Positions 54,602 through 64,000 of a stretch of 64,000 bases of DNA are shown here, piece after piece (positions within the stretch are counted from its first letter, which is position 1; each line of letters begins with the position of its first letter). Source of the DNA: Ruminiclostridium sp. GTDB lineage: Bacteria > Bacillota > Clostridia > Oscillospirales > Oscillospiraceae. The translations under genes and the position numbers were made by a program. The notes beneath the pieces were generated by a model. The model was not told the origin of the DNA, searched no databases, and saw only the letters and a program-made list of their open reading frames with translations. The stretch covers positions 10,050 to 74,049 of the forward strand of contig JAFSFC010000009.1 of the NCBI GenBank assembly GCA_017435425.1. Direction: 5' to 3'.

Positions 54602-55369
54602 ATGACCGTCTTAGAAGCAAAACACATTGAAAAGCATTTTGGTTCCGTCCGGGTCCTGGAGGACATCAGCTTCTCCCTGGAAGAGGGCCAGGTCCTGGCC
54701 ATCATCGGCTCCTCCGGCAGCGGCAAGACCACCCTGCTGCGCTGCCTGAACTTCCTGGAGACCCCTGACAAGGGTACCATCACCGTAAAGGATGAGCTCC
54801 TGTTCGACGCTGCCGACCCCGCCACCCAGCGGGAGAGTGAGATCCGCCGCAAGCGCCTCCACTTCGGCCTGGTCTTCCAGGACTTCAACCTCTTCCCCCA
54901 GTACACCGCCCTGCAGAATGTCACCCTGGCCCGGGAACTCATGGCCAAGACGGAAAAGACCGGCGAGAGCCTGGAGGACATCCGGGCTGAGGGCATCGAG
55001 CTTTTGACCATGATGGGACTGAAGGACCGCATGAGCAACTACCCCCACCAGCTCTCCGGCGGCCAGAAGCAGCGTGTGGCCATTGCCCGCGCCCTGGCCA
55101 TGAAGCCCTCCATCCTCTGCTTTGACGAGCCCACCTCCGCCCTGGACCCCGAGCTCACCGGCGAGGTGCTGAAGGTCATCCGCAGCCTGGCCGACCAGGA
55201 CCGTACCATGATCATCGTCACCCACGAGATGGAGTTCGCCCGGGACGTGGCCGACAAGGTCATGTTCATGGACGGGGGCGTGGTGGTGGAGGAGGGCCCT
55301 CCCTCTGAAGTCTTCGGCAACCCCAAGCACCCCAGAACCCGCCAGTTCCTGGACAAGTTCAGTGGATAA
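54602..55369 (+). CDS. Polar amino acid ABC transporter ATP-binding protein
   Basis: GSSGSGKTT, LSGGQKQR, FDEPTSALDPE and VTHEM. Confidence 0.95.
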   Translation: MTVLEAKHIEKHFGSVRVLEDISFSLEEGQVLAIIGSSGSGKTTLLRCLNFLETPDKGTITVKDELLFDAADPATQRESEIRRKRLHFGLVFQDFNLFPQYTALQNVTLARELMAKTEKTGESLEDIRAEGIELLTMMGLKDRMSNYPHQLSGGQKQRVAIARALAMKPSILCFDEPTSALDPELTGEVLKVIRSLADQDRTMIIVTHEMEFARDVADKVMFMDGGVVVEEGPPSEVFGNPKHPRTRQFLDKFSG

Positions 55370-55408
55370 ACAACGAAAGCCCTCCGGCTCAACGGAGGGC
55401 TTTTTTAC

Positions 55409-55930
55409 ACTCAAGGGAAACGAGTGCTGGCGCACTGTTTCCCTTTGGGCCCTGATTTTACGGCGGCCTACGCCGCCTCAAGAGGCCTTGAGTTCGATCA
55501 ACAATGTGCATAAACAAAAAGAGTACTATCTTTCGATAGTACTCTTTGGTCCGAGTGTTGAGATGTCTCCGCGCTAAGAGCCGCCTTCGGCAGTTGCGCT
55601 CCGACACGCCCACTGCGGTGGGTGTCGAACGCAAGGGAAACGAGTGCTGGCGCACTGTTTCCCTTTGGGCCCTGATTTTACGGCGGCCTGCGCCGCCTGC
55701 AAGAGACCTTGAGTTCGCCAACGATATTTGAACAACGAAAAAGAGGAGTACCACCTAAGTAGTACTCCTCTGGTCCGAGTGTTGAGATTCGAACTCAAGG
55801 GAAACGAGTGCTGACGCACTGTTTCCCTTTGGGCCTGATTTTACGGCGGCCTACGCCGCCTGAAAGAGGCCTTGAGTTCGTCCAACGATGTGCGAAAACA
55901 AAAAGAGTACCATCTTTCGATAGTACTCTT
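55409..55930 (-). repeat. tRNA-linked tandem repeat array, three ~160-bp units
   Basis: Each unit has a terminator hairpin, an antisense tRNA fragment and two hairpins. Units 1 and 2 end in the tRNA 3' end (55771-55800, 30 nt identical; 55547-55564, 18 nt identical then interrupted); unit 3 is truncated. Confidence 0.9.
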
Positions 55931-56007
55931 TGGTCCGAGTGTTGAGATTCGAACTCAAGGCCTCTTGAACCCCATTCAAGCGCGATACCAAACTTCGCCA
56001 CACCCGG
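55931..56007 (-). tRNA. tRNA-Pro (anticodon GGG), CCA encoded
   Basis: CCGGGTG acceptor / GCGA-TCGC D stem / CTTGA-ATGGGGT-TCAAG anticodon arm / TTGAG-TTCGAAT-CTCAA T arm / CACTCGG-ACCA; 77 nt. Confidence 0.95.
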
Positions 56008-56117
56008 ATATTCACTTCGCTGTCAGACAGCTTAGTTATAATAGCACGGGTATTTGGTTTTTGCAAGTCTTTTGTTGGAAAATACTGCACAAAAAGATGG
56101 GGTGCTATTTGGTGGAT

Positions 56118-56705
56118 TTAGACCACTCCGGCCAGGATGACCTTCTCTACCACGATTTGAGACCAGGTCTCCAGGTAGGGGAACTCCCGCTGCAGCTCTT
56201 CCACAGAGGCCCAGCTGCCGGACATCTTCTCGGTTTCCCGGACGGTCACCTGGCCTTCCGCCTCCAGCAGGCAGACCAGGGCGGCATGGTAGTCACTGAC
56301 ACCACCGTTGTTCTCATTGAGGAAGCCCACAGCCCGCAGGGAAGTCACGGTCTCCACTGCCACCTCCTCGTCCAGCTCCCGCAGAAGACCGGCCTCCAGG
56401 GGATCCTCGGCGGTCTCCTCGGTGGGGTTGATGTGCCCCCCCACCCCCAGGGAGAGCTTGTCGTGAAGGCGGGCCTCGGTCTGCTTCTTCAGCCGCCGCA
56501 GGAGAAAGTATTTACCTCCCTGCCGGATGACCACATAGGGGATAATCTGCTTGACGGTGTCGTCATACTCTGCCTTTTCCCGCTCCAGGAAGAAGTGGTG
56601 TTCCAGGATGAACCGGCGGATGGTCTCCATGTTTTCTGTGGTGAAAGGCTCGGGGGGGAGGAGGGCCTCCAGTTCCTTTCGGTCTACCACCAGTACGTGT
56701 TCCAT
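56118..56705 (-). CDS. Predicted NUDIX-family phosphoesterase
   Basis: KQIIPYVVI, E.RLH.KLSLGVGGHINP and GLLRELDEEV. Confidence 0.85.
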   Translation of the reverse strand: MEHVLVVDRKELEALLPPEPFTTENMETIRRFILEHHFFLEREKAEYDDTVKQIIPYVVIRQGGKYFLLRRLKKQTEARLHDKLSLGVGGHINPTEETAEDPLEAGLLRELDEEVAVETVTSLRAVGFLNENNGGVSDYHAALVCLLEAEGQVTVRETEKMSGSWASVEELQREFPYLETWSQIVVEKVILAGVV

Positions 56706-56807
56706 AGTCGTCCCTCTTTCTTATCTGTTTCTTGGTTCCATTGTACCAGATTTCGGCCCGGACGCAAGAAAAACCCGAAGCCCATGGGACTTCGGGTTTT
56801 TGGAAGT

Positions 56808-58121
56808 TTACTTGTCCACCTTGCGCTCGGGGAACACGAAGATAAACAGCAGGGAGCTGATGAGCAGCAGGAAGGGGTAGTACAGGTTGGGGATCACGTC
56901 GAAGGCGTTGATCTCATAGCCCAGCTCAGCCGCAGCAGACAGGGCCACCAGCATCTGTGCACCGTAGGGGATGATGCCCTGGAAGACGCAGGAGAAGGTA
57001 TCCAGGATGGAAGCGGTCTTTCTGGGGGAGATGCCGTAGGTCTCGGACATTTCCTTGGCGATGGGGTTTGCCATAACGATGGCCACGGTGTTGTTTGCAG
57101 TGGCGATGTCCATGGCGCCGACCAGCAGACCCATGCCCAGCTGACCGCCCTTCTTGCCCTTAAAGATCTTCTTGATGAAGTACAGCAGAGCGTCGAAGCC
57201 GCCGTACTCACGGATCAGGGCACAGATGGCAGCCACCAGGATGGCCACCATGGTGGTCTCAAACATGCCGGCGGCGCCGGAGCCCATGCTGGCCAGCAGG
57301 TCGGTGGGAGCGGTGGCGCCGGTGGCCAGCATGATGATGGCACCGGAAATGATGCCCACCAGCAGAACACGGAAGACGCTGACACCGGCGATGCCGCCGG
57401 CCAGGACCAGGATGTAGGGGATGATCTGGATCAGGTTGTACTCCTGGATGACGGGGGTGCCGGCCTGACCCATGGAAACCATCAGGATCAGAACCAGAGA
57501 GACGATGGCGGCAGGCAGTGCGATGCCGAAGTTCACCCGGAACTTCTCCTGCATCTTAACACCCTGGCCGTTGCAGGCGGCGATGGTGGTGTCGGAGATG
57601 AAGGACAGGTTGTCGCCGAACATGGCGCCGCCCATGACGGATGCCACGCACAGGGGGATGGAGAAGCCGGAAGCATCGGCCACAGCCAGGGCGATGGGGG
57701 TGATGAGGGTGATGGTGCCCACGGAGGTGCCCATGGCCAGGGAGACGAAGCAGGCCACCACGAAGAGGACGGCCACAGCGTACTGGGCGGGGATGATGGA
57801 CAGGAGCCAGTAAGCCACGCTTTCAGCGCTGCTGCGGCCCACGACGCCCACGAAGATGCCGGCGGTCATGAAGATAAGGATCATGATCATGATGTTCTTG
57901 TCGCCCACGCCTTTACCCATGAGCTCCAGCTTCTTGTCCATGTTGACCCGGCCGTTCTGCAGGCAGGCCACCATGAGGGCCACCAGGAAGACCACCACGA
58001 TGGGGATGCTGTAGAAACCCATGGGGATCTTGAGGACGTACTCAAAGAGGATGCCCAGTCCCAGGTAGAACACCAGGAACACGCCGATGGGCAGCAGGGC
58101 AATGGGATTGCCTTTATTCAT
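56808..58121 (-). CDS. Na+/H+ antiporter NhaC-family transporter (often amino acid transporters)
   Basis: MGTS.GTI, GGAMFGDNLSFISDTTIAA, ANNTVAI and IIPYGAQML. Confidence 0.88.
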   Translation of the reverse strand: MNKGNPIALLPIGVFLVFYLGLGILFEYVLKIPMGFYSIPIVVVFLVALMVACLQNGRVNMDKKLELMGKGVGDKNIMIMILIFMTAGIFVGVVGRSSAESVAYWLLSIIPAQYAVAVLFVVACFVSLAMGTSVGTITLITPIALAVADASGFSIPLCVASVMGGAMFGDNLSFISDTTIAACNGQGVKMQEKFRVNFGIALPAAIVSLVLILMVSMGQAGTPVIQEYNLIQIIPYILVLAGGIAGVSVFRVLLVGIISGAIIMLATGATAPTDLLASMGSGAAGMFETTMVAILVAAICALIREYGGFDALLYFIKKIFKGKKGGQLGMGLLVGAMDIATANNTVAIVMANPIAKEMSETYGISPRKTASILDTFSCVFQGIIPYGAQMLVALSAAAELGYEINAFDVIPNLYYPFLLLISSLLFIFVFPERKVDK

Positions 58122-58373
58122 TTGTTTCTAACCTCCAATTCCGGGTCAGGCGGGTGTGTGTGAACACATTATATAAATAGAATGAAAACCGTCTGGCCTC
58201 CTATTAAACTCGCAACGTAGAACGTACACGATATTTGGGGAAAAGTCAAGGCTTTTTACATATTATAAAAAATGTTTCAAAAACAGCAGGGGAGAGGGGG
58301 AGAAAAAAGTGAAAATTGTGCTTGCATTTTGGGGCGTGCTCTGCTAAAATACCCTATGGTCTATGAATAAGGG

Positions 58374-58432
58374 TGGTCCTCTGAGGGGCGGTCAAGGATG
58401 GCCGTCAAACAAAACCTTTATGAACACCTGTA
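58374..58432 (+). ncRNA. Possible L19 ribosomal-protein leader
   Basis: ggtggtcctctg...atgaacacc bracketing an internal hairpin directly upstream of rplS. It resembles Firmicutes L19 leaders from memory; not model-tested. Confidence 0.4.
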
Positions 58433-58453
58433 TAATTAGGAGGAAAAAAGACT

Positions 58454-58798
58454 ATGGATCTCATGAAGAGCTTTATCGAGAAGAACATGCCCGCTAAGGA
58501 AGCCCCCTCTGTTACCGTCGGTGACACCGTCCGTGTCCACCTGAAGGTCAAGGAAGGCAACCGTGAGCGTATCCAGGTGTTCGAGGGTACCGTCATTGCT
58601 AAGAAGCACGGCGGCATCAACGAGACCTTCACTGTCCGCCGCCTGTCCTATGGCGTCGGTGTTGAGAAGGTCTTCCCCCTGTACAGCCCTGTGATCGAGA
58701 AGGTCGAGACCATCCGCAAGGGTAAGGTCCGCCGTGCTAAGCTGTACTATCTGCGCGGCCGCGTGGGTAAGGCTGCTAAGGTCAAGCAGAAGCTGTAA
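58454..58798 (+). CDS. rplS: 50S ribosomal protein L19
   Basis: [23 protein letters not shown] and [12 protein letters not shown]. Confidence 0.98.
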   Translation: MDLMKSFIEKNMPAKEAPSVTVGDTVRVHLKVKEGNRERIQVFEGTVIAKKHGGINETFTVRRLSYGVGVEKVFPLYSPVIEKVETIRKGKVRRAKLYYLRGRVGKAAKVKQKL

Positions 58799-59033
58799 TC
58801 CGGCACCAACATACCATGTATCCATAGAAAGGGAGTGCATCTGCACTCCCTTTCTTACTTTTCCCGTAGGCCCATGTCCCGCCGGAAAACGGATTAGATT
58901 TTCTTTCACCGCCATGGCGGAGAAACTCTGCGAGGCTTTTTAACACGAACCCCTTTTCATCCCCGATAAAATCGTGTATACTATTTTGTCAAGCACATTT
59001 ATTTCAACCACAACGGAAGGAGATGGGAAACAC

Positions 59034-59915
59034 ATGAATATCCAGTGGTATCCCGGTCATATGACCAAGACCCGCCGCATGATGGCGGAAAATCTCAAAT
59101 ACGTGGACGTGGTGGTGGAAGTCATCGACGCCCGCATCCCCATCGCCAGCCGAAATCCCGATATCGACGACCTGGTGGGCACCAAGCCCCGGGTGGTGGT
59201 CCTGAACCGGGCCGACCAGGCAGACCCTGCCGCCAGCAAGGTCTGGGGGGCCTATTTCCGCAGCCAGGGCATTTCCGTGCTGGAGTGCGACGCCCGCACC
59301 GGCGCCGGGGTCAAGCAGTTCTCGCCCATCATGCGGGAGGCCCTGAAGGAGCAGATCGCCAAGTGGCGGGAAAAGGGCCAGGTGGGCCGTCCTGTCCGTG
59401 CCATGGTGGTGGGCATCCCCAACGTGGGCAAGTCCACCTTTATCAACAAGGTGGCCAAGAAGAAGTCCGCCAAGGCAGGCGACCGTCCCGGCGTCACCCG
59501 GGGCAAGCAGTGGGTCACCGTGGACCAGGGTCTGGAGCTCCTGGACACCCCCGGCATCCTCTGGCCCAAGTTTGAGGACGAGACCATCGCCCTCCACCTG
59601 GCCTTCACCGGGGCCGTCCGGGACGCCATCATGGACACCGAGACCCTGGCCTTCCACCTGATCCAGCTCCTGGCCAAGCGGAAGCCCGAGGCCGTGGAGG
59701 CCCGGTTCAAGTTCAAGCCCGAAGAGGACATGACCGGCTGGGACATGCTGGAGACCGGCGCCCGGAAGCGGGGCTTCCTGATCTCCGGCGGCGAGATCGA
59801 CCTGGAGCGTATGGCCAGCATCCTCCTGGACGAGTTCCGGGGCGGCAAGATGGGCCGCATCACCCTGGAAATGCCTGAGGACCTGGACAAGGGAGCGGCC
59901 GATGGAACGACCTGA
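59034..59915 (+). CDS. rbgA: Ribosome biogenesis GTPase RbgA/YlqF
   Basis: IQWYPGHM.K, DARIP..SRNP, GIPNVGKST, PGVTRGKQW and LDTPGILWPKF. Confidence 0.97.
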   Translation: MNIQWYPGHMTKTRRMMAENLKYVDVVVEVIDARIPIASRNPDIDDLVGTKPRVVVLNRADQADPAASKVWGAYFRSQGISVLECDARTGAGVKQFSPIMREALKEQIAKWREKGQVGRPVRAMVVGIPNVGKSTFINKVAKKKSAKAGDRPGVTRGKQWVTVDQGLELLDTPGILWPKFEDETIALHLAFTGAVRDAIMDTETLAFHLIQLLAKRKPEAVEARFKFKPEEDMTGWDMLETGARKRGFLISGGEIDLERMASILLDEFRGGKMGRITLEMPEDLDKGAADGTT

Positions 59916-60507
59916 GGATTTCTGGGCCATTGAAAAGGCCCGCTTTGCACAGGGCATTACCACCATCTGCGGGGTGGACGAGGCCGGCGCCGGTCCCCTG
60001 GCGGGCCGGGTCTACGCCGCCGCCGTCATCCTGCCGGTGGGCTGGGAGGCCCCCTACTTAAACGACTCCAAAAAGGTCACGGAAAAGCGCCGGGAGGTCC
60101 TCTATGAGAAGATCACGGCCGAGGCTGTGGCCTGGTCCATCGCCTGGGCGGATGAGAGGGAGATCGATGCGATTAACATCCTCAACGCCCGGATGCTGGC
60201 CATGGAGCGGGCCATCAACAGCCTGGCTGTGAAGCCCGACCTGGCCCTCATCGACGGCAACCGGTCCAAGGGGATCACCTGCCCCAATGAGACCGTGGTA
60301 AAGGGGGATGCCAAGAGCGCCTCCATCGCCGCTGCCTCCATCCTGGCCAAGGTGGCCCGTGACCGGCACATGCTGGAGATGGCGGAAGTCTACCCCCAGT
60401 ACGCCTTTGAAAAGCACAAGGGCTACCCCACCAAGCTCCACTACGAGCGCCTCCGGGAGCACGGCCCCAGTCCCATCCACCGGCTGACTTTTTTAAAGAA
60501 GCTGTGA
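59902..60507 (+). CDS. rnhB: Ribonuclease HII
   Basis: GVDEAGAGPLAG, LNDSKK, LIDGN, KGDAKS.SIAAASILAKV and KGYPT..H. Confidence 0.96.
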   Translation: MERPEDFWAIEKARFAQGITTICGVDEAGAGPLAGRVYAAAVILPVGWEAPYLNDSKKVTEKRREVLYEKITAEAVAWSIAWADEREIDAINILNARMLAMERAINSLAVKPDLALIDGNRSKGITCPNETVVKGDAKSASIAAASILAKVARDRHMLEMAEVYPQYAFEKHKGYPTKLHYERLREHGPSPIHRLTFLKKL

Positions 60508-60872
60508 GGGGCGGGGATTGGACCGCCCTGGGACTCTGGGGCGAGGAGCAAGCCGCCCGCTGGTTAAAGTGGCGGGGGTACCGCATTCTGGAGACCCGCT
60601 ACCGCTGCCGGGAGGGCGAGATCGACCTGGTGGCCCAGCGGGGGAATTTTCTCTGCTTTGTGGAGGTCAAGCTCCGCAAGGACAACGCCATGGCCGAGGC
60701 CAGGGAGTTCGTCACCCCGGCCAAGCAGCGGAAGGTGCGCACCGCCGCCATGTATTATTTAATGGAACACCCCACCCAGAAGCAGCCCCGCTTCGATGTG
60801 GTGGAGGTCTATGCGCCCCAAGGACAAGAAACCCGCAGACCGGTGATCCGTCACTGGCCCGATGCGTTTTGA
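60504..60872 (+). CDS. YraN family (UPF0102) protein
   Basis: G..GE..A, GEIDLV, FVEVK and RFDVVEV. Confidence 0.9.
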   Translation: MRGGDWTALGLWGEEQAARWLKWRGYRILETRYRCREGEIDLVAQRGNFLCFVEVKLRKDNAMAEAREFVTPAKQRKVRTAAMYYLMEHPTQKQPRFDVVEVYAPQGQETRRPVIRHWPDAF

Positions 60873-60903
60873 ACATTACTCTACAGAAAGGTCTGTATTA
60901 CCC

Positions 60904-62391
60904 ATGAGATACGTCAGCACCAGAAACAAGACCGTCAGCCTCACGGCCAGCCAGGCCATTGCCCAGGGTCTGGCCCGAGACGGCGGACTTCTGACCCCCG
61001 AGGTCTTCCCCAAGATCACCCCCGAGATGCTGGAGGACTGGAGAGGCAAGACCTACGGCCAGCGGGCCGTGGCCCTCATGAAGCTCTTCCTGGAGGACTT
61101 CTCCGAAGAGGAGCTTACCGCCTTCACCCAGGCCGGCTACTCCCAGCAGAAGTTTGACGACAGCCGGGTGGCCCCTCTCCACCAGTTGGATGACAACACC
61201 CACTGCCTGGAGCTGTGGCACGGCCCCACCTCCGCCTTCAAGGACATGGCCCTGCAGATCCTGCCCCACCTGCTCTCTGCCTCTCTGGTAAAGACCAACG
61301 AGGACAAGACCGTCTGCATCCTGGTGGCCACCTCCGGCGACACCGGCAAGGCCGCTCTGGAGGGTTTCAAGGACGTGGACCGCACCAAGATCCTGGTGTT
61401 CTATCCCACCGGCGGCGTCTCCCAGGTCCAGGAGCTCCAGATGAAGACTCAGGAGGGCAATAATGTGGGCGTCTGCTCTGTTTACGGCAACTTCGACGAT
61501 GCCCAGACCGGCGTGAAGATCCTCTTCTCCGACGAGAAGCTCCGTGCCGACCTGGCCGAGCGGGGCTACTTCCTGTCCTCTGCCAACTCCATCAACTGGG
61601 GCCGCATCCTGCCCCAGCTGGTCTACTACATCTCCGCCTACTGCGACCTGCTCAACGAGGGCAAGATCCGGATGGGTGACAAGGTGAACTACTGCGTGCC
61701 CACCGGCAACTTCGGCAACATCCTGGCCTGCTGGTACGCCGGTCAGATGGGTCTGCCCGTGGGCAAGCTCATCTGCGCCTCCAACAGCAACAACGTCCTC
61801 ACCGAGTTCCTGTCCACCGGCGTGTACAACAAGAACCGCACCTTCTACACCACCATGTCCCCCTCCATGGACATCCTGGTGTCCAGCAACCTGGAGCGTC
61901 TGCTCTTTGCCCTGACCGGGCAGGATGACCAGGCGGTGGCAGGTTACATGAAGGAGCTGAACACCACCGGCCGCTACGAGGTCACCGAGGACCTGAAGGC
62001 CAAGCTGAAGGACCACTTCTACGGCGGCTTCTGCGACGAGACAAAGACCGGCCAGATCATTGAGAAGGTCTGGAAGGAGCACAACTACCTCATCGACCCC
62101 CACACCGCTGTGGCCTACCAGGTCATGGAGGACTACCGGACCGAGACCGGGGACGAGACCACCACCGTCTTCGTTTCCACCGCATCCCCCTTCAAGTTCT
62201 GCGACAACGTCCTCAAGAGCCTGGGCGTGGCCGAGGTGAAGGAAGGCCTGGACGCCCTGGACCAGCTCAACCAGGTTTCCGGCCGTCCCGCCCCCGTGCC
62301 TCTGGCCTCCCTGCGAAACAAGCCCGTCCGCTTTGAGGGCTCCGTGGAGAAGGAGAAGATGATGGACGTGGTTCTTGACTTTCTGAAGTAA
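60904..62391 (+). CDS. thrC: Threonine synthase
   Basis: YVSTRN, LELWHGPTSAFKDMALQ, ATSGDTG, SSANSINWGR, VPTGNFGN and SPSMDILVSSNLER. Confidence 0.96.
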   Translation: MRYVSTRNKTVSLTASQAIAQGLARDGGLLTPEVFPKITPEMLEDWRGKTYGQRAVALMKLFLEDFSEEELTAFTQAGYSQQKFDDSRVAPLHQLDDNTHCLELWHGPTSAFKDMALQILPHLLSASLVKTNEDKTVCILVATSGDTGKAALEGFKDVDRTKILVFYPTGGVSQVQELQMKTQEGNNVGVCSVYGNFDDAQTGVKILFSDEKLRADLAERGYFLSSANSINWGRILPQLVYYISAYCDLLNEGKIRMGDKVNYCVPTGNFGNILACWYAGQMGLPVGKLICASNSNNVLTEFLSTGVYNKNRTFYTTMSPSMDILVSSNLERLLFALTGQDDQAVAGYMKELNTTGRYEVTEDLKAKLKDHFYGGFCDETKTGQIIEKVWKEHNYLIDPHTAVAYQVMEDYRTETGDETTTVFVSTASPFKFCDNVLKSLGVAEVKEGLDALDQLNQVSGRPAPVPLASLRNKPVRFEGSVEKEKMMDVVLDFLK

Positions 62392-62469
62392 GTCTTTTGG
62401 AAACCGCTTCGCTGCTGGGTTGGCGAAACGCTGCGAGGCATTTAGAACACAAAGAAACGAGGTGATGGA

Positions 62470-63156
62470 ATGGCACTGTATGTGATCGGCGACACCCACC
62501 TGTCCCTGGGCAGCAGCAAGCCCATGGACGTGTTTGGCGGCGCCTGGGAGGGCTATGTGGAAAAGCTCACCGAGGGCCTTTCCGTCCTGACTGACGAGGA
62601 TACCCTGGTCATCGCCGGGGATGTGTCCTGGGGCATGAGCCTGGAGGAGTCCGAGAAGGACTTCGCCTGGCTCAACAGCTGGCCGGGGAAGAAGATCATC
62701 CTCAAGGGCAACCACGACTACTGGTGGAACACAGCCAGCAAGATGAACCGCTTCTTCCAGGAGAAGGGCTTCGACACCCTCCATATCCTCCACAACAACT
62801 GCCACTACTATGGGGACATTGCCCTCTGCGGCACCCGGGGGTGGTTCTACGAGGAGGAGAAGGAGGGCCAGAGCGCCAAGGTCTTCAACCGGGAGCTCCA
62901 GCGTCTGGAGACTTCCCTCAAGGCCGCCGGGGAGGCAGAGAAGCTCTGCTTCCTCCACTACCCCCCCTACTACACCGGCTATATCTGCCAGCCCATCCTG
63001 GATATTCTGGAAAAATACCGGGTGAAGACCTGCTATTACGGCCATCTCCACGGGGGCAGCCACCGGCTGGCCGTCCAGGGAGAACGGGGCGGTGTGGCCT
63101 ATCGGCTCATTTCTGCCGACTTTTTGAAATTTCGTCCGGAAAAAATCATGGAATGA
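62470..63156 (+). CDS. Calcineurin-like metallophosphoesterase
   Basis: D.HLS, AGDVSW, GNHDYWW, HYPP and YGHLH. Confidence 0.9.
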   Translation: MALYVIGDTHLSLGSSKPMDVFGGAWEGYVEKLTEGLSVLTDEDTLVIAGDVSWGMSLEESEKDFAWLNSWPGKKIILKGNHDYWWNTASKMNRFFQEKGFDTLHILHNNCHYYGDIALCGTRGWFYEEEKEGQSAKVFNRELQRLETSLKAAGEAEKLCFLHYPPYYTGYICQPILDILEKYRVKTCYYGHLHGGSHRLAVQGERGGVAYRLISADFLKFRPEKIME

Positions 63157-63276
63157 TGAAAAAAAGTCTGGTAATTCCGGAGAAAATCTGGTATCATATC
63201 GTGAGTATATTGCAATACCATGCCCTCACCGTGCTTTTTGCATGATCGGGAGGGTGTTTACAGGAGGAAAATCGAC

Positions 63277-64000
63277 ATGATTGTCAAGAGCGTTGTTGAA
63301 AACAAGGAAAAGTACGAAGTCGAACTCATCGTGGAAGTTTCCGCTGAGGAGTTTGAGGCTGGCCTGAACAAGGTTTACCTGAAGAACCGCGGCAGCATCA
63401 ACGTCCCCGGCTTCCGTAAGGGCAAGGCTCCCCGTAAGGTCATCGAGGGCATGTACGGCGCAGGCGTCTTCTACGAAGAGGCTCTGGAGCTGGTCTACCC
63501 CGAGGCCTGCAACGCAGCCATCGCTGAGAAGGGCCTGGACCACGTGGCTCCCCCCCAGGTCGAGATCCTGACCCTGGGCAAGGAAGGCTTCTCCTTCAAG
63601 GCTCTGGTCACCGTTCGCCCTGAAGTCACCCTGAAGCAGTACAAGGGCCTGGAGGCAGACAAGGTCCTGCCCACCGTCACCGAGGCTGCTGTTGACAAGG
63701 AGCTGCAGGTCTTCGTCGACCGTGCTACCCAGCTGGTCACCGTGGACCGCGCAGCTGAGCTGGGCGACACCACTGTCATCGACTATGTCGGCCTGAAGGA
63801 CAATGTTCCCTTCGCAGGCGGCACCGCACAGGACTACAGCCTGGAGCTGGGCTCCGGCACCTTCATCCCCGGCTTCGAGGATGGCGTTGTCGGCATGAAG
63901 GCCGGCGACATCAAGGACATCGAGCTGACCTTCCCCGCTGAGTACCACGCAGAAGAGCTGGCAGGCGCAGCTGTTGTCTTCCAGGTCAAGTGCAAGGAAG
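63277..64000 (+). CDS. tig: Trigger factor, 3' end runs off the window
   Basis: Manual translation MIVKSVVENKEKY..VPGFRKGKAP..FIPGFEDGVVGMKAG..FPAEYHAEELAG; AGGAGG RBS. Confidence 0.95.
   Translation, partial: MIVKSVVENKEKYEVELIVEVSAEEFEAGLNKVYLKNRGSINVPGFRKGKAPRKVIEGMYGAGVFYEEALELVYPEACNAAIAEKGLDHVAPPQVEILTLGKEGFSFKALVTVRPEVTLKQYKGLEADKVLPTVTEAAVDKELQVFVDRATQLVTVDRAAELGDTTVIDYVGLKDNVPFAGGTAQDYSLELGSGTFIPGFEDGVVGMKAGDIKDIELTFPAEYHAEELAGAAVVFQVKCKE

Noticed and set aside
55409-55930. Possible CRISPR array
   Set aside because: Units are ~160 bp, the intervening segments are related to each other rather than unique spacers, and no cas genes are in the window.
58125-58260. Expected SAM or T-box riboswitch upstream of the NhaC-family transporter
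   Set aside because: No S-box or T-box signature found on the minus strand, and the leader is short.

Overview
Core chromosomal region of a high-GC, spore-forming anaerobic Clostridia member (Oscillospiraceae-like by gene content and codon style; inference). It holds about 55 genes. Housekeeping and envelope genes include spoIVA, coaX, ddl-murF, prfA-tsaC-coaE, uppP-ftsK, rplS-rbgA-rnhB-yraN-thrC and tig. Metabolic genes include citrate synthase, phosphoketolase, psuG, crotonase and a plsA-plsR-type plasmalogen operon. There are several transporters, one tRNA-Pro(GGG) and two glycine riboswitches. I see no integrase, transposase, prophage or CRISPR array. The unusual signal is mostly non-coding. 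(i) Three ~160-bp structured repeats follow tRNA-Pro, two ending in copies of the tRNA 3' end and all carrying an antisense tRNA fragment. (ii) A mirror-symmetric array of ~11 hairpins is punctuated by TGATG on the left arm and CATCA on the right arm. (iii) At least three REP/MITE-like intergenic repeat families are present, two of which bracket single-gene or two-gene cassettes in direct orientation. At protein level there is a circularly permuted amino-acid-binding lipoprotein, three apparent pseudo-enzymes (MtnA-like, single-domain DapF-like, NodB-like) and an unplaced ORF with an internal duplication. All calls come from reading the sequence; no database search was run.
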